DNA of 64,000 nt from an uncultured Candidatus Rokubacteria bacterium (GTDB lineage Bacteria > Methylomirabilota > Methylomirabilia > Rokubacteriales > DASRDR01). This document shows, piece after piece, positions 47,668 to 56,815 of the stretch (position 1 is its first letter; each line of letters starts with the position of its first letter). The position numbers were made by a program, and so were the translations under genes. The DNA lies in contig CAWGVS010000004.1 of NCBI GenBank assembly GCA_963826115.1, forward strand, positions 96,001 through 160,000, read 5' to 3'. The notes beneath the pieces are model-generated. The model ran no database searches and was not told the origin of the DNA. It was given only the letters and a program-made list of their open reading frames with translations.

Positions 47668-48873
47668 CTACGCCCCCGCCCCGCCGAACACCCGGCCGAG
47701 GAACTCGAGATACTGCCGGGTGATGCCCGGCCACCGGTAGCGCGCCTCGACGTAGGCGCGGCCGCGCTCGCCGAGCGTCTTCCGGAGCGCCTCGTCGCCG
47801 AGGAGCGTCGAGGCCCCGGCGGCGAAGTCGCCCGGCGTCCGCTCGTAGAGGAGCCCCGCGTCCGAGCGCTCCAGGTGGCCCCGGAGGACTGGCGAGCGCG
47901 CGGTCGCGAGCACCGGCGTGCCCTGGGACCACGCCTCGAGGATCACGAACGAGAAGCTCTCGTGGGGCGACGGCATGACGAGGGCGGTCGCCCCGGCGAT
48001 CGCGTCGTGCTTCTCGGCCTCGGGCCGGAAGCCGAGGGCGCGGATCGCGGGGTGGCGCGGGAGCTTCAGCGCAACCGTGCCCATGAGGACCAGTGTCGCC
48101 GGCTCGGCGGCGCGCTCGCGCCAGGCGAGGAACGCGTCAACGAGAGCCCGGCAGCCCTTCTCGATGTCCACCCGGCCGACGTAGAGGAAGTAGGGGCCCT
48201 CGAGCCCGTGCTGCCGCCGGAACCGCGCCGGGTCGGCGTCGGCGACCGGATCGATTCCGCCGCCGATGACCGCGGACGGGAGGTGTCGCGTGTGGAAGCG
48301 CGCCTCGACGAACGCGCGCTCCTCCTCCACCTGGAAGATGAGCCCCCGCGGGATCCGGAACAGGCTCCGAAAGAGGTCGAGGTAGATCGGCCGCTCGTCG
48401 TGCGCGGTCGGCACGAGGACGGCCTTGTCCGCCACCAGCGGGAGCCCGAGCGTCGTCGGGAGGTAGAGGTACGTGTAGAAGACGAACCCGTCGTGGTCGT
48501 CGGCGTGGGCTCGGATCCACTCGATCAGGAACGGCGTCAGCGGCCCTTGCTGCCGCACCCACTCGGCCTCGTCGAAGAAGGTGTGGGGCGTCGCGTAGAG
48601 CCAGTCGGCGTAGCGGCCGAACGCCCGCACCCGGCGCGGCCGGTCGACCGGGAAGCGGCGCACGCGGACCCCGTTGATCGTCTCGACGCCCGGCGGGTAG
48701 ACGTTCTGCCAGGTGAGGTAGTCGCGGGCGCAGGTGGTCAGGACCTCGACGTCGTGGTGGGCGGCCAGGGCCTCCGCGACACGCCGGCACTCGTGCTCGG
48801 CGCCGCCGTCGATCTCCGGCCCGTAGCGCTGCACCACGAAGGCGAGCCGGAGCCGGGCCCGCGCCGCCGTCAC
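47668..48873 (-). CDS. GT4 glycosyltransferase
   Basis: From GTG 48873: AFVVQRYG..I.GGAE, EVLTTCARD...W, YVGRVD..KG, PS..ESFS.V.LEAW..G.PVL. Confidence 0.9.
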   Translation of the reverse strand: MTAARARLRLAFVVQRYGPEIDGGAEHECRRVAEALAAHHDVEVLTTCARDYLTWQNVYPPGVETINGVRVRRFPVDRPRRVRAFGRYADWLYATPHTFFDEAEWVRQQGPLTPFLIEWIRAHADDHDGFVFYTYLYLPTTLGLPLVADKAVLVPTAHDERPIYLDLFRSLFRIPRGLIFQVEEERAFVEARFHTRHLPSAVIGGGIDPVADADPARFRRQHGLEGPYFLYVGRVDIEKGCRALVDAFLAWRERAAEPATLVLMGTVALKLPRHPAIRALGFRPEAEKHDAIAGATALVMPSPHESFSFVILEAWSQGTPVLATARSPVLRGHLERSDAGLLYERTPGDFAAGASTLLGDEALRKTLGERGRAYVEARYRWPGITRQYLEFLGRVFGGAGA

Positions 48874-49964
48874 CGGAGGGCCTCCGCGCTCGCCAGCGTG
48901 TCGAGGTGCTCCCTCAGCATGGCCCCGATCGCGTCGGCGTCGAACGCGCGGAGCCGCGCCCGCTGGCCCGCGGCCACGGCGGCCCGGAGCGCCGGGTCGC
49001 GGACGATGCGATGGAGGAGCTCGGCGATGGCCGGGAAGTCCTTCTCCTCGAGCAGGAGGCCGGCGTCGCCCATCGTGCCCGGCACGCCGGCGGCGGCGTA
49101 GGCGACGACCGGCACGCCGAAGTGCATCGCCTCGAGGAGCGGCACGCAGAAGCCCTCGTGCTCCGAGAGGCAGAGGTAGGCCGACGCCAGGCGGTAGTAG
49201 GTGCACAGCTCCGCCTGCGACACGCTGCCCGCGAACACCACGTGGTCGAGGAGGCCCAGCTCGGCGCAGAGCTTCTGGCACCCGGCGAGGTAGGTCTCGG
49301 TGTCCACCGCCGACCCGACGATGATCAGCCGGCTGTCGGGGTCGAGGCGCCGGTAGAAGTAGTACGCCTTGACGAGGTCCTCGATCCGCTTGTTCGGCGC
49401 GACCCGCCCCACGAACAGGAGGTTCGTCCCGCGGCCGTACGCCTCCTCGATGGCCCGCACGGGGGGCAGCTGGTACTGGTCCCAGTCCACCAGGATCGGC
49501 AGGACGCCGGTCCGCCGGAAGCCGACGGTCTCGAGCTCCTGCCGGTTGAACTCCGACACCCCGAGGGCGAGCTCGGTCACGTTGCGGAGGCGGGCGAGCT
49601 CCCAGCGGCCGCGGCGGCAGCGGTCGGCGACGCGCGCGTTGACGCCGACGAAGTACTCGGGCGGCGTGATGTTGTGGTAGACCATCGCGCGCCGGTCCGG
49701 GAGGCTCGCGAAGAAGCTCGTCACCTCCGAGCCGATCGAGAAGTGGAAGAGCACCACCGTGTCCGGGGAGGACACCGCGCGGTACGTCGTGTAGAAGTGG
49801 GCGTCCTTCAGGAGACTCATGTGCCGGTACTGCGCGTACACGTCGGAGGCGTAGCCCCAGCTCCGGAGGAGCTTCCGGAGCGCCCGGACGTGGTTCCCGA
49901 TGGCGTCGCCCAGGTCGAAGTTCGACACGAGCTGGTGGACGGCCCGGACGGGCGGGTGGGTCAC
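48870..49964 (-). CDS. GT4 glycosyltransferase
   Basis: From GTG 49964: GDAIGN, YHNITP, S.FN..EL, LFVGR.APNK..EDL, SEHEGFCVPL.EAM. Confidence 0.9.
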   Translation of the reverse strand: MTHPPVRAVHQLVSNFDLGDAIGNHVRALRKLLRSWGYASDVYAQYRHMSLLKDAHFYTTYRAVSSPDTVVLFHFSIGSEVTSFFASLPDRRAMVYHNITPPEYFVGVNARVADRCRRGRWELARLRNVTELALGVSEFNRQELETVGFRRTGVLPILVDWDQYQLPPVRAIEEAYGRGTNLLFVGRVAPNKRIEDLVKAYYFYRRLDPDSRLIIVGSAVDTETYLAGCQKLCAELGLLDHVVFAGSVSQAELCTYYRLASAYLCLSEHEGFCVPLLEAMHFGVPVVAYAAAGVPGTMGDAGLLLEEKDFPAIAELLHRIVRDPALRAAVAAGQRARLRAFDADAIGAMLREHLDTLASAEALR

Positions 49965-51154
49965 GAGAATCGGGCCCCCACCCGGCGGAGGACGGCGAGG
50001 TAGTTGTCGGTGACCCGGTCCCACGTGTAGTTCGCGAGGACGTAGGCGCGCCCGGCCTCGCCGAGGCGCCGGCGGAGCGCGGGGTCCCCGGCCAGGAGCT
50101 CCAACGCCTCCACGAACTCGAAGTAGTCCTCGAAGAAGAGACCGCCGTTCGACGCGAGGCAGTGGTCCCGCGTCACCGCGCACCGCCCGTGGACGAGCGA
50201 GGGCGCGCCGGCGAGCCACGCCTCCATCATCACCAGCGAGAAGCTCTCGAGGAGCGAGGGCTGGCAGAGGGCCAGCGTCGCCGCGTACGCGTCCGCCTTG
50301 TCCTGCGGCGTGACGAACCCGAGGTCGAGGATGTCGGCGGAGAGCCGCCCGGGGATCCGGACCCCGCCCGAGCCGATCAGCACGAGCTTGAGCCGGCTCC
50401 GCGGGTGCGTCAGCTTGTAGCGCGCGAAGTACTCGACGAGGAGCGGCGTGTTCTTCTCCGGGGCCTTCCGTCCCGCGTAGAGGATGAACGGGTCGGTGAC
50501 CCGGTGCGTCCGGCGGAACCGCTCCCCGTCTCCGGGCGGCGGCGGGTCGACGCCCTCGCCGACCAGGTGGAACCGCTCCGCCTGGGCGCCGGCCAGGGTC
50601 TCCGCCAGCGCGCGCTCGGCGGGCACGTGGAAGCAGACCGCGCGGACGGTCTGCAGGATGCGGCGGGTCCACTTGAGCTGGGCGAACGGCTCGTCGTGGA
50701 GGCACGGGATCAGGAGCGAGCGGTCGGGCGCGGCCAGAGCACCTTCCCACGTCGTGCCGAAGCAGTAGGGAATGAAGACGTACCAGTACCGATCGCGCTC
50801 GGAGGCCAGGTAGGCGTAGAGATCGTTCGAGTTGATCGACTCCCGGACGAAGTCCTCCTCCTCGAACGAGGTGAGCGTGCCCCCGGCGGTCAGGCGCCAC
50901 TGGAGCCGCCCGTACCGCTCAGGATCGCGCGGCCGCGCCTTGAAGCGCCGCACGACGAAGCCGTCCTCCTCGGTGACGCCGTCCGGATGGTGGTCCACCC
51001 ACGGCGAGGCGTGGTCGCGGGCGCAGGTCGTCAGGATCTCGACCGGCACGCCCCGGCCCCGGAGCGCGCGCGCGGTCGCCCGGCACTCGGCCTCCGCACC
51101 ACCCGCGATGTCCGACCCGTACCAGGGGGCCACGAAGGCGAGCGTGTCAGGCAA
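49961..51154 (-). CDS. GT4 glycosyltransferase
   Basis: AFV.PWYG..I.GGAE, EILTTCARD, PCLHDE, YAGRK...KN..LL, QPS..ESFS.V.MEAWL. Confidence 0.9.
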   Translation of the reverse strand: MPDTLAFVAPWYGSDIAGGAEAECRATARALRGRGVPVEILTTCARDHASPWVDHHPDGVTEEDGFVVRRFKARPRDPERYGRLQWRLTAGGTLTSFEEEDFVRESINSNDLYAYLASERDRYWYVFIPYCFGTTWEGALAAPDRSLLIPCLHDEPFAQLKWTRRILQTVRAVCFHVPAERALAETLAGAQAERFHLVGEGVDPPPPGDGERFRRTHRVTDPFILYAGRKAPEKNTPLLVEYFARYKLTHPRSRLKLVLIGSGGVRIPGRLSADILDLGFVTPQDKADAYAATLALCQPSLLESFSLVMMEAWLAGAPSLVHGRCAVTRDHCLASNGGLFFEDYFEFVEALELLAGDPALRRRLGEAGRAYVLANYTWDRVTDNYLAVLRRVGARFS

Positions 51155-52394
51155 CGAGCCGCTCCAGGGTCTCGTAGAGACGCGCGGTCACGGCCGGCCA
51201 GCTGTACACCGCCTCGACGTAGGCGCGCCCCTGGTCGGCGAGGCGTCGCCGCCGCTCGGAGTCCTCGAGGAGGAGGTCGAGCGCCTCCGCGAACTCGTAG
51301 AAGTCCTCGAACGCGAGGCCGCCACCCGCGGTCATGACGTGGTGCGTGGTCACCGCGCTGCGGGCGTGGACCAGGACGGGCGTCCCCGCGAGCCAGGCCT
51401 CCATCAGGACGATCGAGAAGGACTCGTTGACCGAGGGCTGGCACACGACGGTGGCCGCGCGGTAGGCCGCGGCCTTGGCGCCGGCGTCGAGATAGCCGAG
51501 GTCCCGGACGCCCGCGGCGCCTGGAGGCCCGGTCACCGGTCCGTCGCCGGCGAGCACGAGCGTCAGATCGGAGCGGCGGAGGTCGCGGTAGCGGAGCGCG
51601 TACTCGATCAGGAGCGGGACGTTCTTGCCCGTCTCCTTCCGCCCCAGGTAGAAGAGGAGCGGCCCCTCGAGACCGTATCGCTGGCGGAGCGCCACCCCGT
51701 CGGCGGGCGGCGGCGGATCGAAGCCGAGCCCGACGACGCCGGCCGGCCGGTCGCCGATCCCGTAGAGCTTCTCCGCGAGCGCCGCTTCCGGGGGTGAGTT
51801 GAAGATGAACCCCCGGCAGGCCTGGAACGCGTCCCGCACCACGCCCAGGTGAGCGAAGGGCTCGTCGTGGAGGCACGGGATGAGCACCGCCCGCCCCGGC
51901 ACCAGGGATACGCCGCGCAGCGTGGTCCCGAAGAGGTACGGGGCGAAGCACACGAGGTCGTAATCGGGCGCGCGCGCCTCGAGGTGGTCGAAGAGCTCCG
52001 TGCTCCCCACCGACTCCTCGACCCAGCGCGCCTCCTCCCGCGGGCGGAGGCGCGACCCGCGGAGGATCCGCTGCTGGAGCCAGGCGTGGCGTCGCGTGTC
52101 CCGGAGCCGCACGGGGAAGCGACGGACCACCACGCCGGCGTCGTGGCTCGTCCCCGCGGGGAGGACGTTCTTCCACGAGAGGTGGTCCCGAGCGCAGGTC
52201 GTCAGGACCTCGACGGCGGTTCCCGTGGCCGCGAGGTGCTCGGCGAGCCCGCGGACCAGCGTCTCGGCGCCGCCCACGACGTCCGCGCCGTAGCGCGGCA
52301 CGACGAACGCCACGCGAAGCCCGCGGCCCGCCGCCGGGCGCGCGACGAAACTCGGCGGCGCCGCGGGTCGCGGCCGGCGAAGGAGCCCCCTCAC
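51147..52394 (-). CDS. GT4 glycosyltransferase
   Basis: From GTG 52394: AFVVPRYG..VVGGAE, EVLTTCARD, PCLHDE, YLGRK..GKN..LL, QPS.NESFS.V.MEAWL. Confidence 0.9.
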   Translation of the reverse strand: MRGLLRRPRPAAPPSFVARPAAGRGLRVAFVVPRYGADVVGGAETLVRGLAEHLAATGTAVEVLTTCARDHLSWKNVLPAGTSHDAGVVVRRFPVRLRDTRRHAWLQQRILRGSRLRPREEARWVEESVGSTELFDHLEARAPDYDLVCFAPYLFGTTLRGVSLVPGRAVLIPCLHDEPFAHLGVVRDAFQACRGFIFNSPPEAALAEKLYGIGDRPAGVVGLGFDPPPPADGVALRQRYGLEGPLLFYLGRKETGKNVPLLIEYALRYRDLRRSDLTLVLAGDGPVTGPPGAAGVRDLGYLDAGAKAAAYRAATVVCQPSVNESFSIVLMEAWLAGTPVLVHARSAVTTHHVMTAGGGLAFEDFYEFAEALDLLLEDSERRRRLADQGRAYVEAVYSWPAVTARLYETLERLVA

Positions 52395-53728
52395 GGGCGC
52401 CGTCCGATCGCGGCGTAGTCCTGCGCGCCCCACAGGAGCTGGTTCAGCCGCTCGAAGTTGTCGTTGATCTGGGTGAGGAAGGCCTCCTCGTAGCGACGCA
52501 TGTACCAGAAGGGCTCCAGCCGCTGGAGCTTCCCGTCGGGGGGGACCGGGTTCACGTACCGCACCTCGACGTCGCGGAACCCCGCCGCCTCCAGCACGAA
52601 GCGCGCCGCCTCCGGATGGATCGGCTTGATGTGCGAGAGGTCGACGTAAAAGGCCCCGGAGAACACGGTGAGGCACGCCGGGTTCGGCGTCTCGCAGAGC
52701 AGCACCCCGCCCGGCCGGAGCTTCCGGTGGGCCAGTCGCACGAGCGCGATCAGCGCCTCGGACGGGATGTGCTCGATCACCTGGGCGCAGAAGATTCCCC
52801 CGAGCGCGCCATCGGGCTGCCGCTCCAGGTAGGCGAGGGCGTCCGCCTGCTCGGCGTCGAGGCCGGCCGCCCGGCACCGCGCGACCATGCCGGCGTCGAC
52901 GTCGATGCCGCGGGCCTCGAGGCCGGCCTCCTTGCACAGGAAGAGGAACTCGCCCCGCCCGCATCCCACGTCGAGGACCGGGCCCTGCCGGGCGAAGAGC
53001 TCGAGATACCCCCGCTGGCGCTGCTGGATCTCCTCGGAAGTGCCACGGTGGCGATCCTCGAACTGCACGTATGCCGTCACCGGGAGCGCGCCGAGGCCGG
53101 CCGGCACTGCGGGGAGCGGCGCCGGCGTCACGGCCGGGGCCGGCCGGCGCCCGCGCTCCACCTCCGCGCGGAGGTCCTCCACGCGGGCGGCGAGCGCGCC
53201 GAGGCGCTCCGCGACCTCGCGCTCCCGCCTGAGCCGCTCCGCGTGCTCGACGGTCAGGCGCTCCTGGAGGTCGAGCGACAGGTCCTCGTGGCGGCGCGTG
53301 AGGGTCGCCAGGCCGTCGCGGACCGGCAGGACGAAGGCGTTCAGGAGATGGAGGAGCGCGCTGTTGAACTCGACCTGCCGGGCGAGGATCAGCGTGATGT
53401 ACGGACGCGTGATCCGCCGGAGGACCTTCTTCGCGCGGACGATGACCGCGCCGACCCCGGCCCGGTGGGACTGGATGACGGGCTCGGCCGCCGTGTCCCA
53501 GCCGTCGTTCAGCCGCTCGAGGTGCTCCTCGAGCTCGTCCTGGAACGTCGGCGCGCTCTCCGCCAGCTCGATCTCCATCTGGGTGATGCGCCGGACCTCG
53601 TCCTCGGAGTAGAAGCCGGAGGCGCGCCGCTCCCGCACGCGCGCCTTGATCTCCTCCATGAGGCGGCCCGCGTCTACCATCCCCTCGCGGGGCGCGTCGG
53701 GGGGCAGGGCCGAAGCCTCGGCGGTCAC
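52391..53728 (-). CDS. Coiled-coil plus SAM methyltransferase, putative glycan chain terminator/ruler (WbdD/WsaE-like)
   Basis: From GTG 53728: I.SHR..G..I...KK..R...Q.EFN and heptad helices, then Y..FEDRHRG, VLDVGCGRGEF, QVIEH, ETPNP, FY.D.SH..P. Lies directly after wzt. Confidence 0.85.
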   Translation of the reverse strand: MTAEASALPPDAPREGMVDAGRLMEEIKARVRERRASGFYSEDEVRRITQMEIELAESAPTFQDELEEHLERLNDGWDTAAEPVIQSHRAGVGAVIVRAKKVLRRITRPYITLILARQVEFNSALLHLLNAFVLPVRDGLATLTRRHEDLSLDLQERLTVEHAERLRREREVAERLGALAARVEDLRAEVERGRRPAPAVTPAPLPAVPAGLGALPVTAYVQFEDRHRGTSEEIQQRQRGYLELFARQGPVLDVGCGRGEFLFLCKEAGLEARGIDVDAGMVARCRAAGLDAEQADALAYLERQPDGALGGIFCAQVIEHIPSEALIALVRLAHRKLRPGGVLLCETPNPACLTVFSGAFYVDLSHIKPIHPEAARFVLEAAGFRDVEVRYVNPVPPDGKLQRLEPFWYMRRYEEAFLTQINDNFERLNQLLWGAQDYAAIGRRP

Positions 53729-55017
53729 GATCCGTCCCCCGCGCCCGACTCGAGCTGCCATCGGTGCGCGAGCCGCGCCACGCCCGTGTCGCGCACCCGC
53801 GAGCGCACCGCGAAGGCGTAGAGCCGGCTGTGGTAGTCGTACGGGTGGCCGTCGCGCGCGTGGACGGCGACGTCCAGGAGGTACTCGCCCTCGACCAGGT
53901 CGAGCCGTTCGATCGCCATCGTGACCGAGCCGTCCCCGTCGACCTTCCCGAACGCGAGCCCCTCCAGCGCGGTGTTGGTCCCGTAGCAGCAGATCCCGTC
54001 CTTCCGGAAGACGCCGACGCCGAACACGGGGTCGGCGATGGGCCGATGGGTCCGGAAGGCGAGGCGGACCGCGCAGGCTTCTCCGGTCTCGAAGAGGTAG
54101 CGCTCGCGACCGTCCGCGCCGGCGAGCTGGACGCCGGTCAGCTCGACTTCCCGGGTGCCCCAGCGCGTGGCCCCGCCCGTGCGCGCGAGCGCCTCGGCCT
54201 GGGCGTGCTCGACGCCGAGCGCGCGCGCTTCCTCGCGCGCCACGTGATCGAGGTACCGGCCCACGACCTCCCGGGTCTCGCCGTGGAGCTGGAGCCGCCC
54301 CCGGTCGAGCCACACCGCCTCGTCGCACAGGCGCTCGATGCTGCCGAGGTCGTGGGAGACGAGCACGATGGTCTTCCCGCGAGCCTTGAACTCCTGGATC
54401 TTGCCGATGCACCGGTGCTGGAAGGCTTCGTCGCCGACCGCCAGCACCTCGTCGATCAGGAGCACGTCCGGGTCCACGGTGACCGCGATCGCGAAGCCGA
54501 GCCGCATGTACATCCCCGACGAGTATGTCTTGACGGGGCTGTCGACGAAGGCCTCGAGCCCCGCAAAGGCGACGATCTCGTCGAAGCGCGCGCGGATCTC
54601 CGCGCGCGAGAGGCCCAGCAGGACGCCGTTGATGTAGATGTTCTCGCGCCCGGAGAACTCCGGATGGAAGCCGGCGCCCAGCTCGATCAGCGCGGAGACA
54701 CGGCCCCGCACGACGACCTGGCCGGCGGTGGGCTTGAGGATGCCGCCCAGGATCTTCAGGAGCGTCGACTTGCCGGAGCCGTTCGAGCCGATCATGCCGA
54801 CCATGCGGCCGCGCCCGAGCTCGAGGCTCACGTCGTGGAGCGCCCAGAGCTCCTCGCCCGAGAACAGCCCCGGCCCGCCGCCGCCTCCGACGAAGAGGCG
54901 GACGAAGAGGTCCTTGACGGTGGAGACGTGGCGGCCCCGGTGGAGCCGGAAGCGCTTCGAGACGTCGCGGAGCGAGATCGCGACGTCCGGCGTCGGGGGC
55001 GCCAGCGCCTCGCCCAC
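53725..55017 (-). CDS. wzt: Polysaccharide ABC exporter ATPase with C-terminal carbohydrate-binding (Wzt_C) domain
   Basis: Walker A GSNGSGKST, LGAGFHPE.SGRENI, YSSGM..RL.F, LIDE.LAVGD, VSHD, and a C-terminal Ig-like extension. Confidence 0.95.
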   Translation of the reverse strand: MGEALAPPTPDVAISLRDVSKRFRLHRGRHVSTVKDLFVRLFVGGGGGPGLFSGEELWALHDVSLELGRGRMVGMIGSNGSGKSTLLKILGGILKPTAGQVVVRGRVSALIELGAGFHPEFSGRENIYINGVLLGLSRAEIRARFDEIVAFAGLEAFVDSPVKTYSSGMYMRLGFAIAVTVDPDVLLIDEVLAVGDEAFQHRCIGKIQEFKARGKTIVLVSHDLGSIERLCDEAVWLDRGRLQLHGETREVVGRYLDHVAREEARALGVEHAQAEALARTGGATRWGTREVELTGVQLAGADGRERYLFETGEACAVRLAFRTHRPIADPVFGVGVFRKDGICCYGTNTALEGLAFGKVDGDGSVTMAIERLDLVEGEYLLDVAVHARDGHPYDYHSRLYAFAVRSRVRDTGVARLAHRWQLESGAGDGS

Positions 55018-55020
55018 CGC

Positions 55021-55827
55021 TCAGACCTCCTCGGCCAGGCTGTCGCGGAGCCGGTCGAACACCCACCAGCCGCCGATCAGCGCCAGGGCCGCGCAGAGGC
55101 CCACGGTGCCGAGATGGATCCAGTGCGGCTGGCGCCCGAAGAAGAAGATGTTCTGGTAGCTCTGGACGAGCCCGGCGATCGGGTTGAGGAAGTAGAGCGG
55201 GCGGAGGGGCACCGCCAGGGACGCACTCAGGTGGAGCGTCGTCGGCACCGTCGACACCGGGTAGAGAATGGGCGACAGAAAGAACAGGAGGGTCAGGCCG
55301 TTGGTCAGGATCTGCTCCACGTCCCGGAGGTGGACGTTGAGGGCCGCCAGCGCGAGGGCGAGGCCGGTGGTGAGGAGCAGCTGGAGGACGACGAGGAGCG
55401 GCAGGAAGACCAGCACCGCGTGCGGGCGGATGCCGAAGAGCAGGAGGAACACGACGAGCAGGGGCAGCGAGAGGAGCATGTTGATCAGGTTCGCGAGCAC
55501 CGACACGATCGGCAGCACCTCGGCCGGAAACAGGATCCGCTTGACGAGCGCCCCCGAAGCGACGATCACGCCCGCCGCGTGGCCGAGCGAGGACGAGAAC
55601 CAGAGCCACGGGAGGAGCCCGGAGAAGAGGAAGACCGCGTACCCCTCCATCGGCACCCGGAGGTAGATCGAGAACACGAGCGCGTAGACCAGCATCAGGA
55701 GCAGCGGGTTCAGGAACGACCACAGGAACCCGAGGAAGGAGCCGCGGTACCGCGCCCGGAGCTCCCGCAGGACCAGCGTCCCGATCAGCGCTCGGTATCG
55801 GTACAGGTCAACCAGGTGTCCTGCCAT
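55021..55827 (-). CDS. wzm: Polysaccharide ABC exporter permease
   Basis: RE...RYRGS.LG.LW..LNPL, GLLPW.WF, FP.E.LP, RD...I, SPI.Y, NP. Confidence 0.95.
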   Translation of the reverse strand: MAGHLVDLYRYRALIGTLVLRELRARYRGSFLGFLWSFLNPLLLMLVYALVFSIYLRVPMEGYAVFLFSGLLPWLWFSSSLGHAAGVIVASGALVKRILFPAEVLPIVSVLANLINMLLSLPLLVVFLLLFGIRPHAVLVFLPLLVVLQLLLTTGLALALAALNVHLRDVEQILTNGLTLLFFLSPILYPVSTVPTTLHLSASLAVPLRPLYFLNPIAGLVQSYQNIFFFGRQPHWIHLGTVGLCAALALIGGWWVFDRLRDSLAEEV

Positions 55828-55858
55828 GCCCGCCTTGGTCCCGCCGTCGGCCCTCCGG

Positions 55859-56803
55859 TCAGGCCCGACGGCGCCAGTCGTCCAGCACGTCCTCGATGCT
55901 CCGCGCGAGCGGAATCTCCGGCGCCCAGCCCGTGAGCCCCCGCAGCCGGCTCGCGTCCCCGACGAGCATGGGGACGTCGACGGGGCGGACGCGCTCCGGC
56001 ACCTGGCGCACCTCGATCGGGCGCGCGGCCCGCGCGAGGAACGCGTCGATCACCTCCCGGATGGTCGTGGCCTTCCCGGAGGCGACGTTGTAGGTCCAGC
56101 CCGGCTCGCACCGGCCCAGGAGGAGCCAGTACGCCCGCACCATGTCCCGGACGTCGGTGAAGTCACGCCGCGTCGTCGTGGTGCCGACCTCGAGGATCGC
56201 CGGGCCCTGGCCGCGCTCGATCACCGCGATCTGCCGCGCGACGTCGCTCCAGACGAAGCCGAGTCCCTGCCGCGGCCCGACGTGGTTGAACGCGCGGGCG
56301 ATCACGAGCGGCAGCCCCTCCGAGCGCACGTAGTAGCCCGCGTACAGCTCCTGGGAGGCCTTGGACAGGGCGTACGGCGATCCCGGGGCCCAGCGCCGGG
56401 TCTCGGGGATCGGCTGCTCCGCCTCGGGGACGACCCCGTAGACTTCGCCGGACGAGATCAGGAGACAGGGCACCGGGTGGCGGCGCAGGCCCTCGCAGAG
56501 CTGGTAGGTCGCCTCGAGGTTCGTCCGGAGGACGTCGGCGCGCAGCGCCCACGAGGTGCCGACCACCGACGCGCCGGCCAGGTGGAAGACGCGGTCCGGT
56601 TGCGTCGCCTCCAGCACGCGGGCGGCCGCGCCGGGCTCCGTCAGGTCGCAGCCGACCGTGGCGACGTCCTTCTGGATGCCGGCGAGGTTGTCGGTCGGGG
56701 CGCCGGGGAGCACGGTGCCCGCGACCTCCGCGCCCTCACGGAGGGCCAGGTCGGCAAGGTGGCTACCGGCGAAGCCGGCGATGCCGGTGATGAGGACCTT
56801 CAC
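55859..56803 (-). CDS. rmd: GDP-4-keto-6-deoxy-D-mannose reductase (Rmd)-like SDR
   Basis: LITGIAGFAG, VFHLAG.S.V..SW, ISSGEVYG, SPYALSK, R.FNH.GP.Q..GFV, RDFTDVRD.VRAY, YNV.SG. Confidence 0.78.
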   Translation of the reverse strand: MKVLITGIAGFAGSHLADLALREGAEVAGTVLPGAPTDNLAGIQKDVATVGCDLTEPGAAARVLEATQPDRVFHLAGASVVGTSWALRADVLRTNLEATYQLCEGLRRHPVPCLLISSGEVYGVVPEAEQPIPETRRWAPGSPYALSKASQELYAGYYVRSEGLPLVIARAFNHVGPRQGLGFVWSDVARQIAVIERGQGPAILEVGTTTTRRDFTDVRDMVRAYWLLLGRCEPGWTYNVASGKATTIREVIDAFLARAARPIEVRQVPERVRPVDVPMLVGDASRLRGLTGWAPEIPLARSIEDVLDDWRRRA

Positions 56804-56815
56804 GTCGCGCGCCGC

